A stretch of 64,000 nt of DNA from contig OZ024744.1 in NCBI GenBank assembly GCA_964016885.1, positions 127,038,001-127,102,000 of the forward strand, read 5' to 3'. The position numbers were made by a program, and so were the translations under genes. Numbering within the stretch: the first letter of the stretch is position 1; each line of letters starts with the position of its first letter. Of this stretch, positions 34,851 to 48,800 are shown one piece after another. The notes below the pieces were generated by a model. The model was given only the letters and a program-made list of their open reading frames with translations, searched no databases and was not told the origin of the DNA. This stretch comes from Eledone cirrhosa (taxonomy: Eukaryota).

Positions 34851-36819
34851 ATTGGGGTTAATTTAAGTTGGGGGTAAGATAAGTTGGGGCTAAGTTAAGT
34901 TGGGGCTAAGTCAAGTTGGGGTTAAGTCAAGTTGAGGTTAACTTAAGTTGGGGTTATGTTAAGTTGGGGTTAAGTTGGGGCTAAGTTAAGTTGGGGCTGA
35001 GTTAAGTTGGGGTTAAGTTAAGTTGGGGTTGAGTTAAGTTGGGGTTAAGTTAAGTTGGGATTAAGTTAAGTTGGGGTTAAGTTAAGTTCGGCTTGAGTTA
35101 AGTTGGGGTTAAGTTAAGTTGGGGTTAATTTAAGTTGGGGTTAAGTTAAGTTGGGGTTAAGATAAGTTGGGGTTAAGTTAAGTTGGGGTTAAGTTAAGTT
35201 GGGGTTGAGTTAATTTGGGGTTAAGTTAAGTTGGGGTTAACTTAAGTTGGGGTTAAGTTAAGTTGGGGTTAAGTTAAATTGGGGTTAATTTAAGTTGGGG
35301 GTAAGATAAGTTGGGGCTAAGTTAAGTTGGGGCTAAGTCAAGTTGGGGTTAAGTCAAGTTGAGGTTAACTTAAGTTGGGGTTATGTTAAGTTGGGGTTAA
35401 GTTGGGGCTAAGTTAAGTTGGGGCTGAGTTAAGTTGGGGTTAAGTTAAGTTGGGGTTGAGTTAAGTTGGGGTTAAGTTAAGTTGGGATTAAGTTAAGTTG
35501 GGGTTAAGTTAAGTTCGGCTTGAGTTAAGTTGGGGTTAAGTTAAGTTGGGGTTAATTTAAGTTGGGGTTAAGTTAAGTTGGGGTTAACTTAAGTTGGGGT
35601 TAAGTTGGGGTTAAGTTAAGTTGGGGTTAAGTTAAGTTGGGGGTAGGTTAAGTTGGGGGCAAGTTAAGTTGGGGTTAAGTTAAGTTGGGGTTAAGTTAAG
35701 TTGGGTTTAAGTTAAGTTGGGGCTAAGTTAAGTTGGGGCTAAGTTAAGTTGGGGCTGAGTTAAGTTGGGGTTGAGTTAAGTTGGGGTTATGTTAAGTTAG
35801 GGTTGAGTTAAGTTGGGGTTGAGTTAAGTTGGCGTTGAGTTAAGTTGGGGTTAAGTTAAGTTGGCGTTAAGTTAAGTTGGGGTTAAGTTAAGTTGGGGTT
35901 AAGTTAATTTGCGGTTAGTTAGGTTGTGGGTTAAGTTAAGTTGGGGTTAAGTTAAGCTGGGGTTAAGTTGGGGTAAGTTAAGTTGGGGGTAAGTTAAGTT
36001 GGGGTTAAGTTAAGTTGGGGTTAAGTTAAGTTGGGGTTGAGTTAAGTTGGGGTTGAGTTAAGTTGGGGTTGAGTTAAGTTGGGGTTAACTTAAGTTGGGG
36101 TTAAGTTAAGTTGGGGTTAAGTTAAGGTGGGGGTAAGTTAAGTTGGGGTTAAGTTAATTTGCGGTTAAGTTAGGTTGTGGGTTAAGTTAAGTTGGGGTTA
36201 AGTTAACCTGGGGTTAAGTTGGGGTAAGTTAAGTTGGGGTTAAGTTAAGTTGGGGTTAAGTTAAGTTGGGGTTAAGTTAAGTTGGGGGTAAGTTAAGTTG
36301 GGGTTAAGTTAAGTTGGGGTTAAGTTAAGTTGGGGTTAAGTTAAGTTGGGGTTAAGTTAAGTTGGGGTTAAGTTAAGTTAGGGTTAATTTCAGTTGGGGT
36401 TATGTTAAGTTGGGGTTAAGTTAAGTTGGGGTTAAGTTAAAGTTGGGGTTAATTTAAGTTGGGGTTCAGTTAAGTTGGGGTTAAATTAAGTTGGGGTTAA
36501 GTTAAGTTCGGGTTAGTTAAGTTGGGGTTAAGTTAAGCTGGGGTTAAGTTGGGGTAAGTTAAGTTGGGGGTAAGTTAAGTTGGGGTTAAGTTAAGTTGGG
36601 GTTGAGTTAAGTTGGGGTTAAGTTAAGTTAGGGTTAATTTCAGTTGGGGTTAAGTTAAGTTGGGGGTAAGTTAAGTTGGGGTTAAGTTAAGTTGGGGGTA
36701 AGTTAAGTTGAGGGTAAGTTAAGTTGGGGTTAAGTTAAGTTGGGGTTAAATTAAGTTGGGGGTAAGTTAAGTTGGGGGTAAGTTAAGTTGGGGTTAAGTT
36801 AAGTTGGGGTTAAATTAAG

Positions 36820-39800
36820 TTGAGGTTAAGTTAAGTTGGGGTTAAGTTAAATTGGGGTTAATTTAAGTTGGGGGTAAGATAAGTTGGGGTTAAGTTAAGT
36901 TGGGGTTAAGATAAGTTGGGGTTAAGTTAAGTTGGGGTTAAGTTAAGTTGGGGTTGAGTTAATTTGGGGTTAAGTTAAGTTGGGGTTAAGTTGGGGTTAA
37001 GTTAAGTTGGGGTTAAGTTAATTTGGGGGTAGGTTAAGTTGGGGGCAATTTAAGTTGGGGTTAAGTTAAGTTGGGGTTAAGTTAAGTTGGGTTTAAGTTA
37101 AGTTGGGGCTAAGTTAAGTTGGGGCTAAGTTAAGTTGGGGCTGAGTTAAGTTGGGGTTAAGTTAAGTTGGGGTTGAGTTAAGTTGGGGTTATGTTAAGTT
37201 AGGGTTGAGTTAAGTTGGGGTTGAGTTAAGTTGGGGTTGAGTTAAGTTGGGGTTAAGTTAAGTTGGCGTTAAGTTAAGTTGGGATTAAGTTAAGTTGGGG
37301 TTAAGTTAATTTGCGGTTAAGTTAGGTTGTGGGTTAAGTTAAGTTGGGGTTAAGTTAAGCTGGGGTTAAGTTGGGGTAAGTTAAGTTGGGGTTAAGTTAA
37401 GTTGGGGTTAAGTTAAGTTGGGGTTAAGTTAAGTTGGGGTTAAGTTAAGTTGGGGTTGAGTTAAGTTGGGGTTGAGTTAAGTTGGGGTTAAGTTAAGTTG
37501 GGGTTAAGTTAAGTTGGGGTTAAGTTAAGTTGGGGGTAAGTTAAGTTGGGGTTAAGTTAATTTGCGGTTAAGTTAGGTTGTGGGTTAAGTTAAGTTGGGG
37601 TTAAGTTAAGCTGGGGTTAAGTTGGGGTAAGTTAAGTTGGGGTTAAGTTAAGTTGGGGTTAAGTTAAGTTGGGGTTAAATTAAGTTGGGGTTAAGTTAAG
37701 TTGGGGTTATGTTAAGTTGGGGTTAAGTTAAGTTGCGGTTAAGTTAAGTTGGGGTTAAGTTAAGTTGGGGTTAAGTTAAGTTGGGGTTAAGTTAAGTTGG
37801 AGTTAAGTTAAGTTGGGGTTAACTTAAGTTGGGGTTAAGTTGGGGTTAAGTTAAGTTGGGGTTAAGTTAAGTTGGGGGTTAGTTAAGTTGGGGGCAAGTT
37901 AAGTTGGGGTTAATTTAAGTTGGGGTTAAGTTAAGTTGGGGTTATGCTAAGTTGGGGTTAAGTTAAGTTGGGGTTAAGTTAAGTTGGGGTTAAGTTAAGT
38001 TGGGGTTAAGTTAAGTTGGGGGTAAGTTAAGTTGGGGGTAAGTTAAGTTGAGGGTAAGTTAAGTTGGGGTTAAGTTAAGTTGGGGTTAAATTGAGTTGGG
38101 GGTAAGTTAAGTTGGGGGTAAGTTAAGTTGGGGTTAAGTTAAGTTGGGGTTAAGTTAAGTTGGGGTTAAGTTAAGTTGGGGTTAAGTTAAGGTGGGGGTA
38201 AGTTAAGTTGGGGTTAAGTTAATTTGCGGTTAAGTTAGGTTGTGGGTTAAGTTAAGTTGGGGTTAAGTTAAGCTGGGGTTAAGTTGGGGTAAGTTAAGTT
38301 GGGGTTAAGTTAAGTTGGGGTTAAGTTAAATTGGGGTTAAGTTAAGTTGGGGGTAAGTTAAGTTGGGGTTAAGTTAAGTTGGGGTTAAGTTACATTGGGG
38401 TTAAGTTAAGTTGGGGGTAAGATAAGTTGGGGCTAAGTTAAGTTGGGGCTAAGTCAAGTTGGGGTTAAGTCAAGTTGAGGTTAACTTAAGTTGGGGTTAA
38501 GTTAAGTTGGGGTTAAGTTAAGTTGGGGTTAAGGTAAGTTGGGGTTAAGTTAAGTTGGGGCTAAGTTAAGTTGGGGCTAAGTTAAGTTGGGGCTGAGTTA
38601 AGTTGGGGTTAAGTTGGGGTTGAGTTAATTTGGGGTTAAGTTAAGTTGGGATTAAGTTAAGTTGGGGTTAAGTTAAGTTCGGGTTGAGTTAAGTTGGGGT
38701 TAAGTTAAGTTGGGGTTAATTTAAGTTGGGGTTAAGTTAAGTTGGGGTTAAGATAAGTTGGGGTTAAGTTAAGTTGGGGTTAAGTTAAGTTGGGGTTGAG
38801 TTAATTTGGGGTTAAGTTAAGTTGGGGTTAACTTAAGTTTGGGTTAAGTTAAGTTGGGGTTAAATTAAGTTGGGGGTAAGTTAAGTTGGGTGCAAGTTGA
38901 GTTGGGGTTAAGTTAAGTTGGGGTTAAGTTAAGGTGGGGGTAAGTTAAGTTGGGGGTAAGTTAAGTTGGGGTTAAGTTAAGTTGGGGTTAAGTTAAGTTG
39001 GGTTTAAGTTAAGTTGGGGCTAAGTTAAGTTGGGGCTAAGTTAAGTTGGGGCTGAGTTAAGTTGGGGTTAAATTAAGTTGGGGGTAAGTTAAGTTGGGGG
39101 TAAGTTAAGTTGGGGTTAAGTTAAGTTGGGGTTAAATTAAGTTGAGGTTAAGTTAAGTTGGGGTTAAGTTAAATTGGGGTTAATTTAAGTTGGGGGTAAG
39201 ATAAGTTGGGGCTAAGTTAAGTTGGGGCTAAGTCAAGTTGGGGTTAAGTCAAGTTGAGGTTAACTTAAGTTGGGGTTATGTTAAGTTGGGGTTAAGTTGG
39301 GGCTAAGTTAAGTTGGGGCTGAGTTAAGTTGGGGTTAAGTTAAGTTGGGGTTGAGTTAAGTTGGGGTTAAGTTAAGTTGGGATTAAGTTAAGTTGGGGTT
39401 AAGTTAAGTTCGGCTTGAGTTAAGTTGGGGTTAAGTTAAGTTGGGGTTAATTTAAGTTGGGGTTAAGTTAAGTTGGGGTTAAGATAAGTTGGGGTTAAGT
39501 TAAGTTGGGGTTAAGTTAAGTTGGGGTTGAGTTAATTTGGGGTTAAGTTAAGTTGGGGTTAACTTAAGTTGGGGTTAACTTAAGTTGGGGTTAAGTTGGG
39601 GTTAAGTTAAGTTGGGGTTAAGTTAAGTTGGGGGTAGGTTAAGTTGGGGGCAAGTTAAGTTGGGGTTAAGTTAAGTTGGGGTTAAGTTAAGTTGGGGGTA
39701 AGTTAAGTTGGGGTTAAGTTAAGTTGGGGTTAAGTTATGTTGGGTTTAAGTTAAGTTGGGGCTAAGTTAAGTTGGGGCTAAGTTAAGTTGGGGCTGAGTT

Positions 39801-42800
39801 AAGTTGGGGTTAAGTTAAGTTGGGGTTGAGTTAAGTTGGGGTTATGTTAAGTTAGGGTTGAGTTAAGTTGGGGTTGAGTTAAGTTGGGGTTGAGTTAAGT
39901 AGGGGTTAAGTTAAGTTGGCGTTAATTTAAGTTGGGGTTAAGTTAAGTTGGGGTCAAGTTAATTTGCGGTTAAGTTAGGTTGTGGGTTAAGTTAATTTGG
40001 GGTTAAGTTAAGCTGGGGTTAAGTTGGGGTAAGTTAAGTTGGGGGTAAATTAAGTTGGGGTTAAGTTAAGTTGGGGTTAAGTTAAGTTGGGGTTAAGTTA
40101 AGTTGGGGGTTAGTTAAGTTGGGGGCAAGTTAAGTTGGGGTTGAGTTAAGTTGGGGTTGAGTTAAGTTGGGGTTGAGTTAAGTTGGGGTTAAGTTAAGTT
40201 GGGGTTAAGTTAAGTTGGGGGTTAGTTAAGTTGGGGTTGAGTTAAGTTGGGGTTGAGTTAAGTTGGGGTTGAGTTAAGTTGGGGTTGAGTTAAGTTGGGG
40301 TTAAGTTAAGTTGGGGTTAAGTTAAGTTGGGGGTAAGTTAAGTTGGGGTTAAGTTAAGTTGGGGTTAAGTTAAGTTGGGGTTAAGTTAAGTTGGGGTTAA
40401 GTTAAGTTGGGGTTAAGTTAAGTTGGGGGTTAGTTAAGTTGGGGGCAAGTTAAGTTGGGGTTAATTTAAGTTGGGGTTAAGTTAAGTTGGGGTTATGTTA
40501 AGTTGGGGTTAAGTTAAGTTGGGGTTAAGTTAAGTTGGGGGTAAGTTAAGTTGGGGTTAAGTTAAGTTGGGGGTAAGTTAAGTTGAGGGTAAGTTAAGTT
40601 GGGGTTAAGTTAAGTTGGGGTTAAATTAAGTTGGGGGTAAGTTAAGTTGGGGGTAAGTTAAGTTGGGGTAAAGTTAAGTTAGGGTTAAGTTAAGTTGGGG
40701 TTAAGTTAAGTTGGGGTTAAATTAAGTTGGGGTTAAGTTAAGTTGGGGTTAAGTTAAGTTGGGGTTAAATTAAGTTGGGGTTAAGTTAAGTTGGGGTTAA
40801 ATTAAGTTGGGGTTAAGTTAAGTTGGGGTTAGTTAAGTTGGGGTTAAGTTAAGTTGGGGGTAAGTTAAGTGGGGTGTAAGTTAAGTTGGGGTTAAGTTAA
40901 GTTGGGGTTCAGTTCAGTTGGGGTTATGTTAAGTTGGGGTTAAGTTAAGCTGGGGGTAAGTTAAGTCGGGTGTAAGTTAAGTTGGGGTTAAGTTAAGTTG
41001 GGGTTAAGTTAAGTTGGGGGTTAGTTAAGTTGGGGGCAAGTTAAGTTGGGGTTATGTTAAGTTGGGGTTAAGTTAAGTTGGGGTTAAGTTAAGTTGGGGG
41101 TAAGTTAAGTTGGGGTTAAGTTAAGTTGGGGGTAAGTTAAGTTGAGGGTAAGTTAAGTTGGGGTTAAGTTAAGTTGGGGTTAAATTAAGTTGGGGGTAAG
41201 TTAAGTTGGGGGTAAGTTAAGTTGGGGTTAAGTTAAGTTGGGGTTAAATTAAGTTGAGGTTAAGTTAAGTTGGGGTTAAGTTAAATTGGGGTTAATTTAA
41301 GTTGGGGGTAAGATAAGTTGGGGTTAAGTTAAGTTGGGGTTAAGATAAGTTGGGGTTAAGTTAAGTTGGGGTTAAGTTAAGTTGGGGTTGAGTTAATTTG
41401 GGGTTAAGTTAAGTTGGGGTTAAGTTAAGTTGGGGTTAAGTTGGGGTTAAGTTAAGTTGGGGTTAAGTTAATTTGGGGGTAGGTTAAGTTGGGGGCAATT
41501 TAAGTTGGGGTTAAGTTAAGTTGGGGTTAAGTTAAGTTGGGTTTAAGTTAAGTTGGGGCTAAGTTAAGTTGGGGCTAAGTTAAGTTGGGGCTGAGTTAAG
41601 TTGGGGTTAAGTTAAGTTGGGGTTGAGTTAAGTTGGGGTTATGTTAAGTTAGGGTTGAGTTAAGTTGGGGTTGAGTTAAGTTGGGGTTGAGTTAAGTTGG
41701 GGTTAAGTTAAGTTGGCGTTAAGTTAAGTTGGGATTAAGTTAAGTTGGGGTTAAGTTAATTTGCGGTTAAGTTAGGTTGTGGGTTAAGTTAAGTTGGGGT
41801 TAAGTTAAGCTGGGGTTAAGTTGGGGTAAGTTAAGTTGGGGTTAAGTTAAGTTGGGGTTAAGTTAAGTTGGGGTTAAGTTAAGTTGGGGTTAAGTTAAGT
41901 TGGGGTTGAGTTAAGTTGGGGTTGAGTTAAGTTGGGGTTAAGTTAAGTTGGGGTTAAGTTAAGTTGGGGTTAAGTTAAGTTGGGGGTAAGTTAAGTTGGG
42001 GTTAAGTTAATTTGCGGTTAAGTTAGGTTGTGGGTTAAGTTAAGTTGGGGTTAAGTTAAGCTGGGGTTAAGTTGGGGTAAGTTAAGTTGGGGTTAAGTTA
42101 AGTTGGGGTTAAGTTAAGTTGGGGTTAAATTAAGTTGGGGTTAAGTTAAGTTGGGGTTATGTTAAGTTGGTGTTAAGTTAAGTTGCGGTTAAGTTAAGTT
42201 GGGGTTAAGTTAAGTTGGGGTTAAGTTAAGTTGGGGTTAAGTTAAGTTGGAGTTAAGTTAAGTTGGGGTTAACTTAAGTTGGGGTTAAGTTGGGGTTAAG
42301 TTAAGTTGGGGTTAAGTTAAGTTGGGGGTTAGTTAAGTTGGGGGCAAGTTAAGTTGGGGTTAATTTAAGTTGGGGTTAAGTTAAGTTGGGGTTATGCTAA
42401 GTTGAGGTTAAGTTAAGTTGGGGTTAAGTTAAGTTGGGGGTAAGTTAAGTTGGGGTTAAGTTAAGTTGGGGGTAAGTTAAGTTGGGGGTAAGTTAAGTTG
42501 AGGGTAAGTTAAGTTGGGGTTAAGTTAAGTTGGGGTTAAATTGAGTTGGGGGTAAGTTAAGTTGGGGGTAAGTTAAGTTGGGGTTAAGTTAAGTTGGGGT
42601 TAAGTTAAGTTGGGGTTAAGTTAAGGTGGGGGTAAGTTAAGTTGGGGTTAAGTTAATTTGCGGTTAAGTTAGGTTGTGGGTTAAGTTAAGTTGGGGTTAA
42701 GTTAAGCTGGGGTTAAGTTGGGGTAAGTTAAGTTGGGGTTAAGTTAAGTTGGGGTTAAGTTAAGTTGGGGTTAATTTAAGTTGGGGGTAAGTTAAGTTGG

Positions 42801-45800
42801 GGTTAAGTTAAGTTGGGGTTAAGTTAAGTTGGGGTTAAGTTAAGTTGGGGGTAAGATAAGTTGGGGCTAAGTTAAGTTGGGGCTAAGTCAAGTTGGGGTT
42901 AAGTCAAGTTGAGGTTAACTTAAGTTGGGGTTAAGTTAAGTTGGGGTTAAGTTAAGTTGGGGTTAAGGTAAGTTGGGGTTAAGTTAAGTTGGGGCTAAGT
43001 TAAGTTGGGGCTAAGTTAAGTTGGGGCTGAGTTAAGTTGGGGTTAAGTTGGGGTTGAGTTAATTTGGGGTTAAGTTAAGTTGGGATTAAGTTAAGTTGGG
43101 GTTAAGTTAAGTTCGGGTTGAGTTAAGTTGGGGTTAAGTTAAGTTGGGGTTAATTTAAGTTGGGGTTAAGTTAAGTTGGGGTTAAGATAAGTTGGGGTTA
43201 AGTTAAGTTGGGGTTAAGTTAAGTTGGGGTTGAGTTAATTTGGGGTTAAGTTAAGTTGGGGTTAACTTAAGTTGAGGTTAAGTTAAGTTGGGGCTAAGTT
43301 AAGTTGGGGCTGAGTTAAGTTGGGGTTAAGTTAAGTTGGGGTTGAGTTAAGTTGGGGTTATGTTAAGTTAGGGTTGAGTTAAGTTGGGGTTGAGTTAAGT
43401 TGGGGTTGAGTTAAGTTGGGGTTAAGTTAAGTTGGCGTTAAGTTAAGTTGGGATTAAGTTAAGTTGGGGTTAAGTTAATTTGCGGTTAAGTTAGGTTGTG
43501 GGTTAAGTTAAGTTGGGGTTAAGTTAAGCTGGGGTTAAGTTGGGGTAAGTTAAGTTGGGGTTAAGTTAAGTTGAGGTTAAGTTAAGTTGGGGTTAAGTTA
43601 AATTGGGGTTAATTTAAGTTGGGGGTAAGATAAGTTGGGGTTAAGTTAAGTTGGGGTTAAGATAAGTTGGGGTTAAGTTAAGTTGGGGTTAAGTTAAGTT
43701 GGGGTTGAGTTAATTTGGGGTTAAGTTAAGTTGGGGTTAAGTTGGGGTTAAGTTAAGTTGGGGTTAAGTTAATTTGGGGGTAGGTTAAGTTGGGGGCAAT
43801 TTAAGTTGGGGTTAAGTTAAGTTGGGGTTAAGTTAAGTTGGGTTTAAGTTAAGTTGGGGCTAAGTTAAGTTGGGGCTAAGTTAAGTTGGGGCTGAGTTAA
43901 GTTGGGGTTAAGTTAAGTTGGGGTTGAGTTAAGTTGGGGTTATGTTAAGTTAGGGTTGAGTTAAGTTGGGGTTGAGTTAAGTTGGGGTTGAGTTAAGTTG
44001 GGGTTAAGTTAAGTTGGCGTTAAGTTAAGTTGGGATTAAGTTAAGTTGGGGTTAAGTTAATTTGCGGTTAAGTTAGGTTGTGGGTTAAGTTAAGTTGGGG
44101 TTAAGTTAAGCTGGGGTTAAGTTGGGGTAAGTTAAGTTGGGGTTAAGTTAAGTTGGGGTTAAGTTAAGTTGGGGTTAAGTTAAGTTGGGGTTAAGTTAAG
44201 TTGGGGTTGAGTTAAGTTGGGGTTGAGTTAAGTTGGGGTTAAGTTAAGTTGGGGTTAAGTTAAGTTGGGGTTAAGTTAAGTTGGGGGTAAGTTAAGTTGG
44301 GGTTAAGTTAATTTGCGGTTAAGTTAGGTTGTGGGTTAAGTTAAGTTGGGGTTAAGTTAAGCTGGGGTTAAGTTGGGGTAAGTTAAGTTGGGGTTAAGTT
44401 AAGTTTGGGTTAAGTTAAGTTGGGGTTAAATTAAGTTGGGGTTAAGTTAAGTTGGGGTTATGTTAAGTTGGGGTTAAGTTAAGTTGCGGTTAAGTTAAGT
44501 TGGGGTTAAGTTAAGTTGGGGTTAAGTTAAGTTGGGGTTAAGTTAAGTTGGAGTTAAGTTAAGTTGGGGTTAACTTAAGTTGGGGTTAAGTTGGGGTTAA
44601 GTTAAGTTGGGGTTAAGTTAAGTTGGGGGTTAGTTAAGTTGGGGGCAAGTTAAGTTGGGGTTAATTTAAGTTGGGGTTAAGTTAAGTTGGGGTTATGCTA
44701 AGTTGGGGTTAAGTTAAGTTGGGGTTAAGTTAAGTTGGGGTTAAGTTAAGTTGGGGTTAAGTTAAGTTGGGGGTAAGTTAAGTTGGGGGTAAGTTAAGTT
44801 GAGGGTAAGTTAAGTTGGGGTTAAGTTAAGTTGGGGTTAAATTGAGTTGGGGGTAAGTTAAGTTGGGGGTAAGTTAAGTTGGGGTTAAGTTAAGTTGGGG
44901 TTAAGTTAAGTTGGGGTTAAGTTAAGTTGGGGTTAAGTTAAGGTGGGGGTAAGTTAAGTTGGGGTTAAGTTAATTTGCGGTTAAGTTAGGTTGTGGGTTA
45001 AGTTAAGTTGGGGTTAAGTTAAGCTGGGGTTAAGTTGGGGTAAGTTAAGTTGGGGTTAAGTTAAGTTGGGGTTAAGTTAAGTTGGGGTTAAGTTAAGTTG
45101 GGGGTAAGTTAAGTTGGGGTTAAGTTAAGTTGGGGTTAAGTTAAGTTGGGGTTAAGTTAAGTTGGGGGTAAGATAAGTTGGGGCTAAGTTAAGTTGGGGC
45201 TAAGTCAAGTTGGGGTTAAGTCAAGTTGAGGTTAACTTAAGTTGGGGTTAAGTTAAGTTGGGGTTAAGTTAAGTTGGGGTTAAGGTAAGTTGGGGTTAAG
45301 TTAAGTTGGGGCTAAGTTAAGTTGGGGCTAAGTTAAGTTGGGGCTGAGTTAAGTTGGGGTTAAGTTGGGGTTGAGTTAATTTGGGGTTAAGTTAAGTTGG
45401 GATTAAGTTAAGTTGGGGTTAAGTTAAGTTCGGGTTGAGTTAAGTTGGGGTTAAGTTAAGTTGGGGTTAATTTAAGTTGGGGTTAAGTTAAGTTGGGGTT
45501 AAGATAAGTTGGGGTTAAGTTAAGTTGGGGTTAAGTTAAGTTGGGGTTGAGTTAATTTGGGGTTAAGTTAAGTTGGGGTTAAATTAAGTTGGGGGTAAGT
45601 TAAGTTGGGTGCAAGTTGAGTTGGGGTTAAGTTAAGTTGGGGTTAAGTTAAGGTGGGGGTAAGTTAAGTTGGGGGTAAGTTAAGTTGGGGTTAAGTTAAG
45701 TTGGGGTTAAGTTAAGTTGGGTTTAAGTTAAGTTGGGGCTAAGTTAAGTTGGGGCTAAGTTAAGTTGGGGCTGAGTTAAGTTGGGGTTAAATTAAGTTGG

Positions 45801-48800
45801 GGGTAAGTTAAGTTGGGGGTAAGTTAAGTTGGGGTTAAGTTAAGTTGGGGTTAAATTAAGTTGAGGTTAAGTTAAGTTGGGGTTAAGTTAAATTGGGGTT
45901 AATTTAAGTTGGGGGTAAGATAAGTTGGGGCTAAGTTAAGTTGGGGCTAAGTCAAGTTGGGGTTAAGTCAAGTTGAGGTTAACTTAAGTTGGGGTTATGT
46001 TAAGTTGGGGTTAAGTTGGGGCTAAGTTAAGTTGGGGCTGAGTTAAGTTGGGGTTAAGTTAAGTTGGGGTTGAGTTAAGTTGGGGTTAAGTTAAGTTGGG
46101 ATTAAGTTAAGTTGGGGTTAAGTTAAGTTCGGCTTGAGTTAAGTTGGGGTTAAGTTAAGTTGGGGTTAATTTAAGTTGGGGTTAAGTTAAGTTGGGGTTA
46201 AGATAAGTTGGGGTTAAGTTAAGTTGGGGTTAAGTTAAGTTGGGGTTGAGTTAATTTGGGGTTAAGTTAAGTTGGGGTTAACTTAAGTTGGGGTTAACTT
46301 AAGTTGGGGTTAAGTTGGGGTTAAGTTAAGTTGGGGTTAAGTTAAGTTGGGGGTAGGTTAAGTTGGGGGCAAGTTAAGTTGGGGTTAAGTTAAGTTGGGG
46401 TTAAGTTAAGTTGGGGGTAAGTTAAGTTGGGGTTAAGTTAAGTTGGGGTTAAGTTATGTTGGGTTTAAGTTAAGTTGGGGCTAAGTTAAGTTGGGGCTAA
46501 GTTAAGTTGGGGCTGAGTTAAGTTGGGGTTAAGTTAAGTTGGGGTTGAGTTAAGTTGGGGTTATGTTAAGTTAGGGTTGAGTTAAGTTGGGGTTGAGTTA
46601 AGTTGGGGTTGAGTTAAGTAGGGGTTAAGTTAAGTTGGCGTTAATTTAAGTTGGGGTTAAGTTAAGTTGGGGTCAAGTTAATTTGCGGTTAAGTTAGGTT
46701 GTGGGTTAAGTTAATTTGGGGTTAAGTTAAGCTGGGGTTAAGTTGGGGTAAGTTAAGTTGGGGGTAAATTAAGTTGGGGTTAAGTTAAGTTGGGGTTAAG
46801 TTAAGTTGGGGTTAAGTTAAGTTGGGGGTTAGTTAAGTTGGGGGCAAGTTAAGTTGGGGTTGAGTTAAGTTGGGGTTGAGTTAAGTTGGGGTTGAGTTAA
46901 GTTGGGGTTAAGTTAAGTTGGGGTTAAGTTAAGTTGGGGGTTAGTTAAGTTGGGGTTGAGTTAAGTTGGGGTTGAGTTAAGTTGGGGTTGAGTTAAGTTG
47001 GGGTTGAGTTAAGTTGGGGTTAAGTTAAGTTGGGGTTAAGTTAAGTTGGGGGTAAGTTAAGTTGGGGTTAAGTTAAGTTGGGGTTAAGTTAAGTTGGGGT
47101 TAAGTTAAGTTGGGGTTAAGTTAAGTTGGGGTTAAGTTAAGTTGGGGGTTAGTTAAGTTGGGGGCAAGTTAAGTTGGGGTTAATTTAAGTTGGGGTTAAG
47201 TTAAGTTGGGGTTATGTTAAGTTGGGGTTAAGTTAAGTTGGGGTTAAGTTAAGTTGGGGGTAAGTTAAGTTGGGGTTAAGTTAAGTTGGGGGTAAGTTAA
47301 GTTGAGGGTAAGTTAAGTTGGGGTTAAGTTAAGTTGGGGTTAAATTAAGTTGGGGGTAAGTTAAGTTGGGGGTAAGTTAAGTTCGGGTAAAGTTAAGTTA
47401 GGGTTAAGTTAAGTTGGGGTTAAGTTAAGTTGGGGTTAAATTAAGTTGGGGTTAAGTTAAGTTGGGGTTAAGTTAAGTTGGGGTTAAATTAAGTTGGGGT
47501 TAAGTTAAGTTGGGGTTAAATTAAGTTGGGGTTAAGTTAAGTTGGGGTTAGTTAAGTTGGGGTTAAGTTAAGTTGGGGGTAAGTTAAGTGGGGTGTAAGT
47601 TAAGTTGGGGTTAAGTTAAGTTGGGGTTCAGTTCAGTTGGGGTTATGTTAAGTTGGGGTTAAGTTAAGCTGGGGGTAAGTTAAGTCGGGTGTAAGTTAAG
47701 TTGGGGTTAAGTTAAGTTGGGGTTAAGTTGGGGGTTAGTTAAGTTGGGGGCAAGTTAAGTTGGGGTTATGTTAAGTTGGGGTTAAGTTAAGTTGGGGTTA
47801 AGTTAAGTTGGGGGTAAGTTAAGTTGGGGTTAAGTTAAGTTGGGGGTAAGTTAAGTTGAGGGTAAGTTAAGTTGGGGTTAAGTTAAGTTGGGGTTAAATT
47901 AAGTTGGGGGTAAGTTAAGTTGGGGGTAAGTTAAGTTGGGGTTAAGTTAAGTTGGGGTTAAATTAAGTTGAGGTTAAGTTAAGTTGGGGTTAAGTTAAAT
48001 TGGGGTTAATTTAAGTTGGGGGTAAGATAAGTTGGGGTTAAGTTAAGTTGGGGTTAAGATAAGTTGGGGTTAAGTTAAGTTGGGGTTAAGTTAAGTTGGG
48101 GTTGAGTTAATTTGGGGTTAAGTTAAGTTGGGGTTAAGTTAAGTTGGGGTTAAGTTGGGGTTAAGTTAAGTTGGGGTTAAGTTAATTTGGGGGTAGGTTA
48201 AGTTGGGGGCAATTTAAGTTGGGGTTAAGTTAAGTTGGGGTTAAGTTAAGTTGGGTTTAAGTTAAGTTGGGGCTAAGTTAAGTTGGGGCTAAGTTAAGTT
48301 GGGGCTGAGTTAAGTTGGGGTTAAGTTAAGTTGGGGTTGAGTTAAGTTGGGGTTATGTTAAGTTAGGGTTGAGTTAAGTTGGGGTTGAGTTAAGTTGGGG
48401 TTGAGTTAAGTTGGGGTTAAGTTAAGTTGGCGTTAAGTTAAGTTGGGATTAAGTTAAGTTGGGGTTAAGTTAATTTGCGGTTAAGTTAGGTTGTGGGTTA
48501 AGTTAAGTTGGGGTTAAGTTAAGCTGGGGTTAAGTTGGGGTAAGTTAAGTTGGGGTTAAGTTAAGTTGGGGTTAAGTTAAGTTGGGGTTAAGTTAAGTTG
48601 GGGTTAAGTTAAGTTGGGGTTGAGTTAAGTTGGGGTTGAGTTAAGTTGGGGTTAAGTTAAGTTGGGGTTAAGTTAAGTTGGGGTTAAGTTAAGTTGGGGG
48701 TAAGTTAAGTTGGGGTTAAGTTAATTTGCGGTTAAGTTAGGTTGTGGGTTAAGTTAAGTTGGGGTTAAGTTAAGCTGGGGTTAAGTTGGGGTAAGTTAAG